From Clostridiales bacterium (lineage in GTDB: Bacteria; Bacillota; Clostridia; Oscillospirales; Oscillospiraceae), in contig SFLH01000008.1 in NCBI GenBank assembly GCA_004554585.1, positions 21,178 to 85,177 of the forward strand: a DNA stretch of 64,000 nucleotides. The letters run 5' to 3'. Positions within the stretch are counted from its first letter, which is position 1; every line of letters begins with the position of its first letter. A model generated the notes under the pieces. That model searched no databases and was not told the DNA's origin. It saw only the letters and a list, made by a program, of their open reading frames with translations. Below are positions 8,804 to 17,950 of the stretch, one piece after another. Made by a program: the position numbers and the translations under genes.

Positions 8804-9910
8804 ATGGAGAAATTTCGTGCCTTTCTGCGGCGGAAAAACATCGTCTTTTCCGCCAAGCGCTACGGGGTAGATGCCCTGGGCGCCATGGCCCAGGGTCTGT
8901 TCTGCACCCTGCTGGTGGGAACCATCCTCAACACCCTGGGCACCCAGTTCCACATCGGCTTTCTGTCGGCCACGGTGGTCACCGTGGGTACCGGGGACGC
9001 CGCCACCGCCTATACCATCGGCGGCCTGGCCTCCGCCATGGTGGGGCCCGCCATGGCCGTGGCCATCGGCTCGGCCCTGCAGGCCCCCGCCCTGGTCCTC
9101 TTCTCCCTGGTGCCGGTAGGCTATGCCACCAACGTTCTGGGGGGAGCCGGCGGCCCCCTGGCCGTGCTGGTCATCGCCATCATCGCCGCTGAGTGCGGAA
9201 AGGCCGTGTCCAAGGAGACCAAGATCGACATCCTGGTCACCCCCATTGTCACCGTCTTAGTGGGCATCGGCGCGGCCTATCTCATCGCGCCCCCCATCGG
9301 CACCGCCGCCTCCTGGGTGGGCAACCTCATCATGTGGGCCACGGAGCTGCAGCCCTTCTTCATGGGCATCCTGGTCTCGGTGATCGTGGGCATCGCCCTC
9401 ACCCTGCCCATCTCCAGCGCCGCCATCTGCGCCGCCCTGGGCCTGACTGGGCTGGCCGGCGGCGCCGCCGTGGCCGGCTGCTGCGCCCAGATGGTGGGCT
9501 TTGCCATCCTCTCCTTCCGGGAAAATAAGTGGGGCGGTCTGGTCTCCCAGGGTCTGGGCACCTCCATGCTGCAGATGGGCAATATCGTGCGCAACCCCCG
9601 CATCTGGATTCCCCCCACCCTGGCCTCGGCCATCACCGGCCCCATCGCCACCTGCCTGTTCCACCTGGAGATGAACGGCACTCCCGTCTCCTCGGGCATG
9701 GGCACCTGCGGCCTGGTGGGCCCCATCGGGGTGTACACCGGCTGGGTCAGTGACATCGCCGAGGGCCTGAAGGCCTCCATCACCGGCATGGACTGGCTGG
9801 GGCTGGTGCTCATCTGCTTCGTGCTGCCCGGCGTGCTCACCTGGCTCATCGGCATCCCCTGCCGGAAGGCCGGCTGGATCAAAGAGGGAGACCTGACCCT
9901 GGAGAACTGA
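8804..9910 (+). CDS. polytopic membrane permease resembling the PfoR / PTS-EIIC-like family
   Basis: MEKFRAFLRRKNIVFSAKRYGVDALGAMAQGLFCTLLVGTIL..., Gly/Ala-rich multi-TM protein. AAAGGAGAG SD before ATG 8804. The family call is from memory of PfoR-like N termini. Confidence 0.65.
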   Translation: MEKFRAFLRRKNIVFSAKRYGVDALGAMAQGLFCTLLVGTILNTLGTQFHIGFLSATVVTVGTGDAATAYTIGGLASAMVGPAMAVAIGSALQAPALVLFSLVPVGYATNVLGGAGGPLAVLVIAIIAAECGKAVSKETKIDILVTPIVTVLVGIGAAYLIAPPIGTAASWVGNLIMWATELQPFFMGILVSVIVGIALTLPISSAAICAALGLTGLAGGAAVAGCCAQMVGFAILSFRENKWGGLVSQGLGTSMLQMGNIVRNPRIWIPPTLASAITGPIATCLFHLEMNGTPVSSGMGTCGLVGPIGVYTGWVSDIAEGLKASITGMDWLGLVLICFVLPGVLTWLIGIPCRKAGWIKEGDLTLEN

Positions 9911-10038
9911 ATTTCCCTGAAAAATTTTCCATTCTTTGGGGAAATCCCTTGAAAAATCCTGCAAAAGGGTAGATACTATTCTATGGCATTTCGCCCGCCT
10001 CTAAGAGAGAGGTTTGAATAGCAAAGGAGGAAACCACG

Positions 10039-10206
10039 ATGAAAAAACTGCTTGCTCTGTGCATGGCTGCCCTGATGTCCCTGGCCCTGCTGGCCGGCTG
10101 CTCTTCCGCCGACCCCAACCACCCCTACGGCCAGGAGCCCGCTCCCGCCAACAGCGAGACCCAGGAGACGGAAGAAACCAGCTCTGCCCTCTTCTGGCAG
10201 GCATAA
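10039..10206 (+). CDS. small lipoprotein (55 aa)
   Basis: Not in the track (under 60 aa). AAAGGAGG SD 8 nt upstream. MKKLLALCMAALMSLALLAGCSSADPNHPYGQEPAPANSETQETEETSSALFWQA, lipobox LLAGC. A terminator follows. Confidence 0.6.
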   Translation: MKKLLALCMAALMSLALLAGCSSADPNHPYGQEPAPANSETQETEETSSALFWQA

Positions 10207-10240
10207 GCGCCGCCATTTCCCCATAACCGGCATGGAAAAA

Positions 10241-10283
10241 CGGCCCGGCAGGTTTAACCTGCCGGGCCGTGTTCTGTTTCGTT
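10241..10283 (+). terminator. rho-independent terminator (likely bidirectional, shared with hpf)
   Basis: CGGCCCGGCAGG TTTAA CCTGCCGGGCCG, then TGTTCTGTTTCGTT. Confidence 0.6.
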
Positions 10284-10327
10284 CGATATCAAATATGCAA
10301 ACGCGTGCGTGCAACGGGCGGTGTGGC

Positions 10328-10873
10328 TCAATCCTGATCCACGATGATGCCATATCCGCCGTCGTTGCGCTTGTAAACCACGGAGAAAGCACCGCCGTCG
10401 TCCTCATTGCGGAAGGCAAAGAAGGTGTGGCCCACCAGGTTCATCTGGAGAATGGCCTCGTCGATGCTCATGGGACGGAAGAAGAACCGCTTGGTGCGCA
10501 CCAGCTGATAGGCGGGCTCTTCGTCCTCATCGTTTTCGGGGACAAAATAGGCCTCGTCGGGACCCGCGTCAAAGGCTTCCTTGCGCAGGCGCTTTTCCAG
10601 GCGGGACTTATTCTTGCGCAGCTGGCGCTCGATGGAGGCCACAGCGGCGTCGATGGAAACGAACATATCAGAGGTGCTCTCTGCCACACGAATGACCGTA
10701 GCGCCGGAACGGATGGTCACTTCCAGGATATTCCGGCCCTTTTCTACACTGAAGACGACGGAGGCCTCCGGTTCGGTCTGGAAATAGCGGTCTAACTTGC
10801 CGATCTTCTTCTCCGCATAGGTATGCACACGATTGGGAATGTTCACTTTCTTGTCGGTAAAGGTGAATTTCAT
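10328..10873 (-). CDS. hpf: ribosome hibernation-promoting factor (long HPF)
   Basis: MKFTFTDKKVNIPNRVHTYAEKKIGKLDRYF...RFFFRPMSIDEAILQMNLVGHTFFAFRN. AAAGGAG SD before ATG 10873; the track start at 11062 is upstream of the SD. Confidence 0.9.
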   Translation of the reverse strand: MKFTFTDKKVNIPNRVHTYAEKKIGKLDRYFQTEPEASVVFSVEKGRNILEVTIRSGATVIRVAESTSDMFVSIDAAVASIERQLRKNKSRLEKRLRKEAFDAGPDEAYFVPENDEDEEPAYQLVRTKRFFFRPMSIDEAILQMNLVGHTFFAFRNEDDGGAFSVVYKRNDGGYGIIVDQD

Positions 10874-11119
10874 GGATGTCAGCTCCTTTCGTAGGGGCAA
10901 GGAAGGGGAAGTTTTCTCCTTCCCTACGTCGATAGTATACCATACATTCCCATAAAAGTCACGTTGTTTTTGTGAAAAATAGGAAAAGCCGCCCGCCTGG
11001 AGCCCTTCGACAAAGAAAGACGGGAAAGCCCCCTTGACCTTTTCCAGAAAATGGGATACCATAGGTTTGGCGGCAGGCGCTGTCCGTCATGACATCGTTC
11101 ATTCCATTCTCCTGCTTTC

Positions 11120-11153
11120 GCGCTTCTCCTGGTGAGAAGCGCCTTTTTTTCTT
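11120..11153 (+). terminator. orphan plus-strand rho-independent terminator in the yabR-hpf intergenic region
   Basis: GCGCTTCTC CTGGT GAGAAGCGC followed by CTTTTTTTCTT. There is no plus-strand gene upstream. Confidence 0.5.
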
Positions 11154-11166
11154 CGGCCAGGCCCGC

Positions 11167-11204
11167 AAAAAAACGCCCTGGCTGGGAAAACCCCGTCAGG
11201 GCGT
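11167..11204 (-). terminator. terminator after the S1-domain gene
   Basis: Arms ACGCCCTG / CAGGGCGT (11173-11180 / 11197-11204), with a TTTTTTT run on the minus strand (11167-11173). Confidence 0.55.
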
Positions 11205-11214
11205 GGGTGGGATC

Positions 11215-11694
11215 TCAGCGGTGGCCGCTGCGGCGGGAGCTGCGCTTTTCGGTCATCTTCAGGTCGGACAAACGGCTGTCGGAGGCCTGCATGAACTGCT
11301 TGAGCCGGGCCTCAAAGTCCGCCGGGCCGGCCGGCTGGGGCGCGGCTGCCCGGGGCTGGCTGTGGTGGAAGCCGCCGCCGGCGGGACGGTGATGGCCGCC
11401 GCCCCGGAATTCCGACCGGGGTTGCCGGTCGCGTCCGGCGCCTTGGGCACGAGGAGGAGGGGGGGTGGCCTTTTTGATGGAGAGGTTGATGCGTCCAACC
11501 TCGTCAATGCCGACCACCTTCACCTTGACCGCCTGACCCTCTGTGAGAAAGTCGCTGACGTTTGCCACATAGGAATGGGCGATCTCAGAGATGTGGACCA
11601 AACCCGACCGTCCCCCAGGCAGGGCGACGAATGCGCCGAATTTGGTGATGCTTTTGATGGTTCCTTCCAGGACTGCGCCTACACTGATTTCCAT
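11215..11694 (-). CDS. yabR: S1 RNA-binding domain protein (YabR-like)
   Basis: MEISVGAVLEGTIKSITKFGAFVALPGGRSGLVHISEIAHSYV... (S1 fold) with a Gly/Arg/Pro-rich tail. ATG 11694 has a GGAGGA SD; the track start at 11730 is a TTG. Confidence 0.8.
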   Translation of the reverse strand: MEISVGAVLEGTIKSITKFGAFVALPGGRSGLVHISEIAHSYVANVSDFLTEGQAVKVKVVGIDEVGRINLSIKKATPPPPRAQGAGRDRQPRSEFRGGGHHRPAGGGFHHSQPRAAAPQPAGPADFEARLKQFMQASDSRLSDLKMTEKRSSRRSGHR

Positions 11695-11757
11695 AGATGG
11701 TGAGAATCCTCCTCGTTGTAATACGCTCAAACCATGAGCAAAAAAAGAGCTTCGCTC

Positions 11758-12036
11758 TTAATCGGCGATGTGAAATACCCGGTCATTGGGGCCCACCAAG
11801 CCCAGCTTTTCCCGGGCCAGGTCCTCCAGGAAAGAGGGGTCATCGCGGTTTTCGATGGCGTTGGAAAGCGCGGTGTTTGCCTGGGTCTGGTCGCTGACCT
11901 GCTGGGTGAGGGTTTCCACGGCGACGTTGGCCTCGTGGATTTTCTGCCGGACACCGATCAGGGTGAAGATCATATAGATCAGCAGAATCAAAAAGACGAT
12001 CCTCATCAGCAGACCAACCTTTTTGGAGCGGAACAT
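11758..12036 (-). CDS. divIC: septum formation initiator (DivIC/FtsB family)
   Basis: 92 aa with one TM (LLMRIVFLILLIYMIFTLI), a coiled coil and ...LAREKLGLVGPNDRVF. GGGAGG SD. Confidence 0.85.
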   Translation of the reverse strand: MFRSKKVGLLMRIVFLILLIYMIFTLIGVRQKIHEANVAVETLTQQVSDQTQANTALSNAIENRDDPSFLEDLAREKLGLVGPNDRVFHIAD

Positions 12037-12550
12037 GGGCTTCTGCCTCCCTTTCTGGTGCGCCGCTGCCTTGGGCGCGGCGGTGCTTTCTTGGTGGATG
12101 ATATATTTTACTCCACAACCGAGAAAAAGAAAAGAACTTTTTCCAAGTTTTTTTCCATCCCTGAAATTTTTTCACCAACGGAGCCGAGAGGGTACGAAGC
12201 AGCCACCGGGCCGGGGCGGTCAGAACCCTGATCGTCTTGGCCGCCGCCCGAAAGGCCAGGGCCAGGACCTGGCGGACCCAGGGGCTGAAGAGGGCGAAGT
12301 AGGCCGCCGCTCCCAGCACCAGGCACAGGGCGATATACAGCCGCACCCGGCCGTCCCCCAGCACCACCCCGCAGAAGAAGAGGCTGGCGCAGGCCCCCAT
12401 CCAGAACAGCAGGTCCAGCAGCTCCCCCGCCCCCCGCCAGGGCAGGCTGCGGCGGCACTGGCCGAGCAAGTCGTACAGCACCCCCACCCCCACGCCCATG
12501 GCCAGGCACTGCAGCAGCACCTGGGCCTGCTCCTGCAGGGAGACGCTCAT
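11840..12550 (-). CDS. yabQ: spore cortex biosynthesis protein YabQ (3' extent uncertain)
   Basis: Multi-TM N-terminal half (LLQCLAMGVGVGVLYDLL, LLDLLFWMGACASLFFCGVVL, LYIALCLVLGAAAYFALF) and a Lys-rich middle. Its start overlaps the yabP stop. The last ~65 codons overlap divIC in another frame. Confidence 0.65.
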   Translation of the reverse strand: MSVSLQEQAQVLLQCLAMGVGVGVLYDLLGQCRRSLPWRGAGELLDLLFWMGACASLFFCGVVLGDGRVRLYIALCLVLGAAAYFALFSPWVRQVLALAFRAAAKTIRVLTAPARWLLRTLSAPLVKKFQGWKKTWKKFFSFSRLWSKIYHPPRKHRRAQGSGAPEREAEAHVPLQKGWSADEDRLFDSADLYDLHPDRCPAENPRGQRRRGNPHPAGQRPDPGKHRAFQRHRKPR

Positions 12551-12840
12551 CCCCGCAGCAGCCTGCCCAAAAAGCCCTCTCGGACAGGTTCCTCCTCCTC
12601 GTAGGTCAGGGCGTCCACCCGTCCCTTCACCAGCAGGTCGCCCCCGTCCAGGCTGAGCTTCTCAATGTGCAGGCCCTCGCCGTGAATGAGCAAGCGGCCG
12701 GCCTCGGTGGACATGACGATGTTGTTTTCGTCAAAGCTCTCCACGCCGTCCACCCCCGAGACCGTCAGCCGCTCCCGCGCCTCCAAGGTGATCCGATGCC
12801 CCGGTGCTTCCAACCGGAGGTCATGTGCTTCATAGGGCAT
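12547..12840 (-). CDS. yabP: sporulation protein YabP
   Basis: MPYEAHDLRLEAPGHRITLEARERLTVSGVDGVESFDENNIVMSTEAGRLLIHGEGLHIEKLSLDGGDLLVKGRVDAL, a YabP pattern. ATG 12840. Confidence 0.85.
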   Translation of the reverse strand: MPYEAHDLRLEAPGHRITLEARERLTVSGVDGVESFDENNIVMSTEAGRLLIHGEGLHIEKLSLDGGDLLVKGRVDALTYEEEEPVREGFLGRLLRG

Positions 12841-12971
12841 ACCATCCCATCCTTTCCCCTGAGTATGGTCTGGGCTATGTATATGACAGCGGTTGGGAAA
12901 GCATGCCAGAAGAAAACCGCCTTCTGCCCCAAAGGCAGCGGCACATCTGGAAAGGCAGGGACGGCGCCCCG

Positions 12972-13010
12972 GCAAAACAGCAGGCCCTCCCAGTGAACTG
13001 GGAGGGCCTG
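12972..13010 (-). terminator. terminator after ilvC
   Basis: CAGGCCCTCCCAG TGAA CTGGGAGGGCCTG (12981-13010), with CTGTTTTG on the minus strand. Confidence 0.55.
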
Positions 13011-13044
13011 AAAGGTTTCACCGTATTTGTGTAGCTGCAGAAAA

Positions 13045-14596
<1,552 letters not shown>

Positions 14597-14609
14597 GTCT
14601 CATGCCTCC

Positions 14610-16328
14610 TTAGTTGACCAGGAATTCGGTGATGTGGGTACCGCCGTTGACCATGGGGCGGACCAGCTCGGTTTCCTCGATGATGCAGTCGACCACATAG
14701 CCCAGGCCCTTCTTCTGCTCCTCCAGGGCCTCCTGGATGGCGCTCTCCAGCTCCTCCACGGTGGTCACCTGGCGGCCCTTGAGGCCGTTGGCCTCGGCCA
14801 GCTTGGCGAAATCGGGGCCCCGCTCGGTGGTGGTCTGGCTGAAGCGGTTCTCATAGATCAGCTCCTGCCACTGACGGACCATGCCCAGGCGGTGGTTGTT
14901 GAAGATGAAGGTGATGACGGGGGTCTTATAGAACTCCTCGGTGGACAGCTCATTGCCGTTCATGCGGAAGCAGCCGTCGCCGGTGATGTGGATGACGGTC
15001 TTGTCCGGGTTGCCCAGCTTGGCGCCGATGGCGGCCCCCAGGCCGAAGCCCATGGTGCCGAAGCCGCCGGAGGTGAGCAGCTGGCCGGGATAGTCGAAGT
15101 GGAAGTGCTGGATGGCCCACATCTGGTGCTGGCCCACGTCGGTGGAGACGATGGAGTCCTCGGGGCACAGGTCGGCGATGGTGTTGAGGATCTGCTTGGG
15201 GGTCAGGTGGTTGGGGTTCTCGTCGTAGGCGGTCTCCGTGGGGAAGGAGAAGACGTACTTCTTCCACTCGCTGTGGTCGTACTGGGGCACCTTCCGGTTG
15301 AGCAGCTCCAGCACCTGGCGGGCGTTGCCGATGATGTGGTGGTCGGTCTCCACGTTCTTGTTGATCTCCGCCCGGTCAATGTCGATGTGGACGATCTTGG
15401 CCTGGCGAGCGAAGGTGGCGGGCTTCAGGGCCACCCGGTCGGAGAACCGGCAGCCCACGGCGATGAGCAGGTCGCAGCCGTCGCAGGCCATGTTGGAGGC
15501 CTTGGAGCCGTGCATGCCGATCATGCCGGTGGCCAGGGGGTCCCGGCCGGCGATGCCGCCGGCGCCCATGAGGGTGATGGCCACGGGGGCGTCGATGCGC
15601 CGGGCAAACTCCCGGAACTCCTCGTGGGAGCGGCTGCGAACCACACCGCCGCCGCAGATGAGCATGGGCTTTTTGGACTGGGCGATCATCTCCACCAGCT
15701 TGTTCACGTCCTCCTGGTCGGGCTCGGGCATCTTCAGGCTGCTGGTGCGGGCCCGGCGGATGAGGTTGGCCAGGCGGCCGGAGGTGATGTGCTTCTCCCG
15801 GGGCAGGTACTCATACTCGGTCTTCTCGGCAGTGACGTTCTTGACGATGTCGATGAGCACCGGGCCGGGCCGGCCGCTGCGGGCGATGGCAAAGGCCTCC
15901 CGTACGGTGTCGGCCAGGGTCTTCACGTCCCGGACCAGGTAGGTGCATTTGGTGATGGGCATGGCAATGCCGGTGATGTCCACCTCCTGGAAGGCATCTC
16001 TGCCGATGAGGTTCTGGGTGACGTTACAGGTGATGAACACCACGGGAGACGAGTCCATGTAGGCCGTGGCGATGCCGGTGGTCAGGTTGGTGGCACCGGG
16101 GCCGGAGGTGGCCAGGCACACCCCCACCTTGCCGGTGGAACGGGCGTAACCGTCAGCGGCGTGGGAGGCCCCCTGTTCGTGGGCCGTGAGGATGTGGGTG
16201 ATGCGGTCTCTGTAGCGGTAGAGTTCATCGTAGACGTTCAGGATGGTGCCGCCAGGGTAGCCGAACACCAGGTCGACACCCTGTTCCAACAAGCATTCCA
16301 TCAAGATCTTGGCACCAGTCATTTCCAT
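14610..16328 (-). CDS. ilvB: acetolactate synthase large subunit
   Basis: MEMTGAKILMECLLEQGVDLVFGYPGGTILNVYDEL... with ThDP motif GDGCFRMN. GGAGGA SD 7 nt before ATG 16328. Confidence 0.95.
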   Translation of the reverse strand: MEMTGAKILMECLLEQGVDLVFGYPGGTILNVYDELYRYRDRITHILTAHEQGASHAADGYARSTGKVGVCLATSGPGATNLTTGIATAYMDSSPVVFITCNVTQNLIGRDAFQEVDITGIAMPITKCTYLVRDVKTLADTVREAFAIARSGRPGPVLIDIVKNVTAEKTEYEYLPREKHITSGRLANLIRRARTSSLKMPEPDQEDVNKLVEMIAQSKKPMLICGGGVVRSRSHEEFREFARRIDAPVAITLMGAGGIAGRDPLATGMIGMHGSKASNMACDGCDLLIAVGCRFSDRVALKPATFARQAKIVHIDIDRAEINKNVETDHHIIGNARQVLELLNRKVPQYDHSEWKKYVFSFPTETAYDENPNHLTPKQILNTIADLCPEDSIVSTDVGQHQMWAIQHFHFDYPGQLLTSGGFGTMGFGLGAAIGAKLGNPDKTVIHITGDGCFRMNGNELSTEEFYKTPVITFIFNNHRLGMVRQWQELIYENRFSQTTTERGPDFAKLAEANGLKGRQVTTVEELESAIQEALEEQKKGLGYVVDCIIEETELVRPMVNGGTHITEFLVN

Positions 16329-16370
16329 GCTGTTTCCTCCTTCTTTTTTGGGAATCGTTTGCCATCGGGA

Positions 16371-16425
16371 CAACAAAAAAGCCCTGTGGTCTTTCACGTG
16401 CTAAACGTTAAAACCACAAGAGCCT
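16371..16425 (-). terminator. attenuator terminator in the ilvB leader
   Basis: Minus-strand GGCTCTTGTGGTTTTAACGTTTAGCACGTGAAAGACCACAGGGC forms a long imperfect hairpin, followed by TTTTTTGTTG. It lies ~45 nt upstream of the ilvB SD. Confidence 0.6.
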
Positions 16426-16483
16426 GTCAGTTCTCCGCAAATCTTGGTTCATAAGGGCCTCCGCAAATGGGAGTCACAGTTGA

Positions 16484-16621
16484 TCAGCCCTGGAAATTGT
16501 TTGCGTTTCGCTTCCCTGTTCTGGACATAACATTTAGCATTATTTCCGGTACTACTACAACGAGTAGTACCCCAATAATGCTGACAGCCAGAATGTTCAG
16601 TTCAGCAAAAAACACGTTCAT
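16484..16621 (-). CDS. candidate ilv leader peptide (45 aa, Ile/Leu/Val-rich)
   Basis: Own translation: ATG 16621 (GAGG 9 nt upstream) to TGA 16486-16484 gives MNVFFAELNILAVSIIGVLLVVVVPEIMLNVMSRTGKRNANNFQG. It lies between the promoter and the terminator of the ilvB leader. Confidence 0.5.
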   Translation of the reverse strand: MNVFFAELNILAVSIIGVLLVVVVPEIMLNVMSRTGKRNANNFQG

Positions 16622-16677
16622 TTTCAAAGCCTCACTGTACTGCGTCTCATGCGGGGTTTACGCCTTCGTTGCATCCA

Positions 16678-16706
16678 ACGATAGCACTTCCCTTGTGGTC
16701 TGTCAA
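16678..16706 (-). promoter_or_regulatory. sigma-A-like promoter of the ilvB leader
   Basis: Minus strand: TTGACA (16706-16701), 17 nt, TATCGT (16683-16678). Confidence 0.4.
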
Positions 16707-16786
16707 TCATTTTTCGCAAATTTTTTCAATTTCTTTTTCTCCGGTTTCCTCCCCGCTCTTTTTTTGTCAACCTTACACTTTTTCCG

Positions 16787-17701
16787 TCACCAGTTTGTTT
16801 CTATTTCCCGGATCTTGTCGTACAGCATCCGGTTCACCGGGGCCTGCATCCCATAGAAGTCCGCCAGCTTCAGCACGGTACCGGCGAAGAGGTCCACCTC
16901 GCTGGGCCGGTGGGCTAGGCCGTCCTGGCGCATGGAGGGCATGGCCTTGGGGTCTAGGCCGTCCAGCACGGTCAGATACTCCTGCAGGTCCTTCTGGGTC
17001 ACCAGGACTCCCTGGCAGGCGCCCACCTTCCGGGCCTCGTTCATGGCCGCGATCATGGTCTCCCGGATCTGGCCGGGGACCTGGGCTGCGCCGTAGTCAC
17101 ACTCGTAGGCCATACACACTTGGTTGATGCCCACGTTGAGCATGAATTTGCACCACATCCGGTGGAGGATGTCCGCCTCCTTGCGCACGTCCACCCCGGC
17201 CTGCTGGAAGAGCTGGTAGACCGCCTCCAGCTTGTCCCCTCGGTCGAAGTAGTCCTCCTCCGGCAGGCCCAAAAAGAGGATGCCCGGGTGGGTGTAGGTC
17301 AGGCTGGTCCCCTGGCGCATGGCGTCCATTCCCTGGGCCACCCCATAGATCACCTTTTCCGGGCCGAAGGCCTGGCTAAGGGCCTCCTCACTGGTCACAC
17401 CGTTGAGCACCGAGAGGATCACAGTGTCCTTCCCCACACAGGGGGCCGCCAGGGCCATGGCCTCCTCCAGCGCCGGGCCCTTCACCGCAAAAATCAGCAG
17501 CTGGGCCGGCTCCTCCCGGCTGTCGGTGATGTGGAACGCACACTTCTCCCCGTTGCAGAGGACCTCCGCCTGGCGGTAACGTGCCAGGCGCTCGCCGTCG
17601 GCCAGGAAGCGGACGCGGTCCGCCCCCAGATGCTTGACCAGGGCGTTGCCGTAGAGGATGCCCAGGGCACCCATCCCCACGATGGTCACAGATTCGATCA
17701 T
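16787..17701 (-). CDS. panE: 2-dehydropantoate 2-reductase (ketopantoate reductase, ApbA/PanE family)
   Basis: MIESVTIVGMGALGILYGNAL... (Rossmann GxGxxG), 304 aa, PanE-like C-terminal half. Confidence 0.8.
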   Translation of the reverse strand: MIESVTIVGMGALGILYGNALVKHLGADRVRFLADGERLARYRQAEVLCNGEKCAFHITDSREEPAQLLIFAVKGPALEEAMALAAPCVGKDTVILSVLNGVTSEEALSQAFGPEKVIYGVAQGMDAMRQGTSLTYTHPGILFLGLPEEDYFDRGDKLEAVYQLFQQAGVDVRKEADILHRMWCKFMLNVGINQVCMAYECDYGAAQVPGQIRETMIAAMNEARKVGACQGVLVTQKDLQEYLTVLDGLDPKAMPSMRQDGLAHRPSEVDLFAGTVLKLADFYGMQAPVNRMLYDKIREIETNW

Positions 17702-17950
17702 TGGATCACCTTCCTATTTTCTCGGGGAGCGCCCGCCGGCCCTCCCCGGATTGTTCGTCTCGTATTCTAACACAAAAGTCCGCCGGAGAAAACGGGAATT
17801 TCCTTCCCTTTTCCCCCAAAGGCTTTGCTTTTTCCCCACCCCGTGCTATACTGAGGCTGTTCTTTCTTTTTTATTGTTTGCAAACAGGAGGTCCTCCTTC
17901 CCCCGGGGAAGGGACCTTGCCGCTCACTTTTCCTTTGGGAGGTTTTTTCC

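Noticed and set aside
16329-16786. T-box riboswitch upstream of ilvB
   Set aside because: This is the mechanism expected for Firmicute BCAA operons. I could not find the conserved T-box sequence (GGTGGTACCGCG-like), a specifier-loop/AGAGA/GNUGNGA arrangement, or a T-box-based antiterminator. A leader-peptide attenuator fits better. An Rfam scan should confirm.
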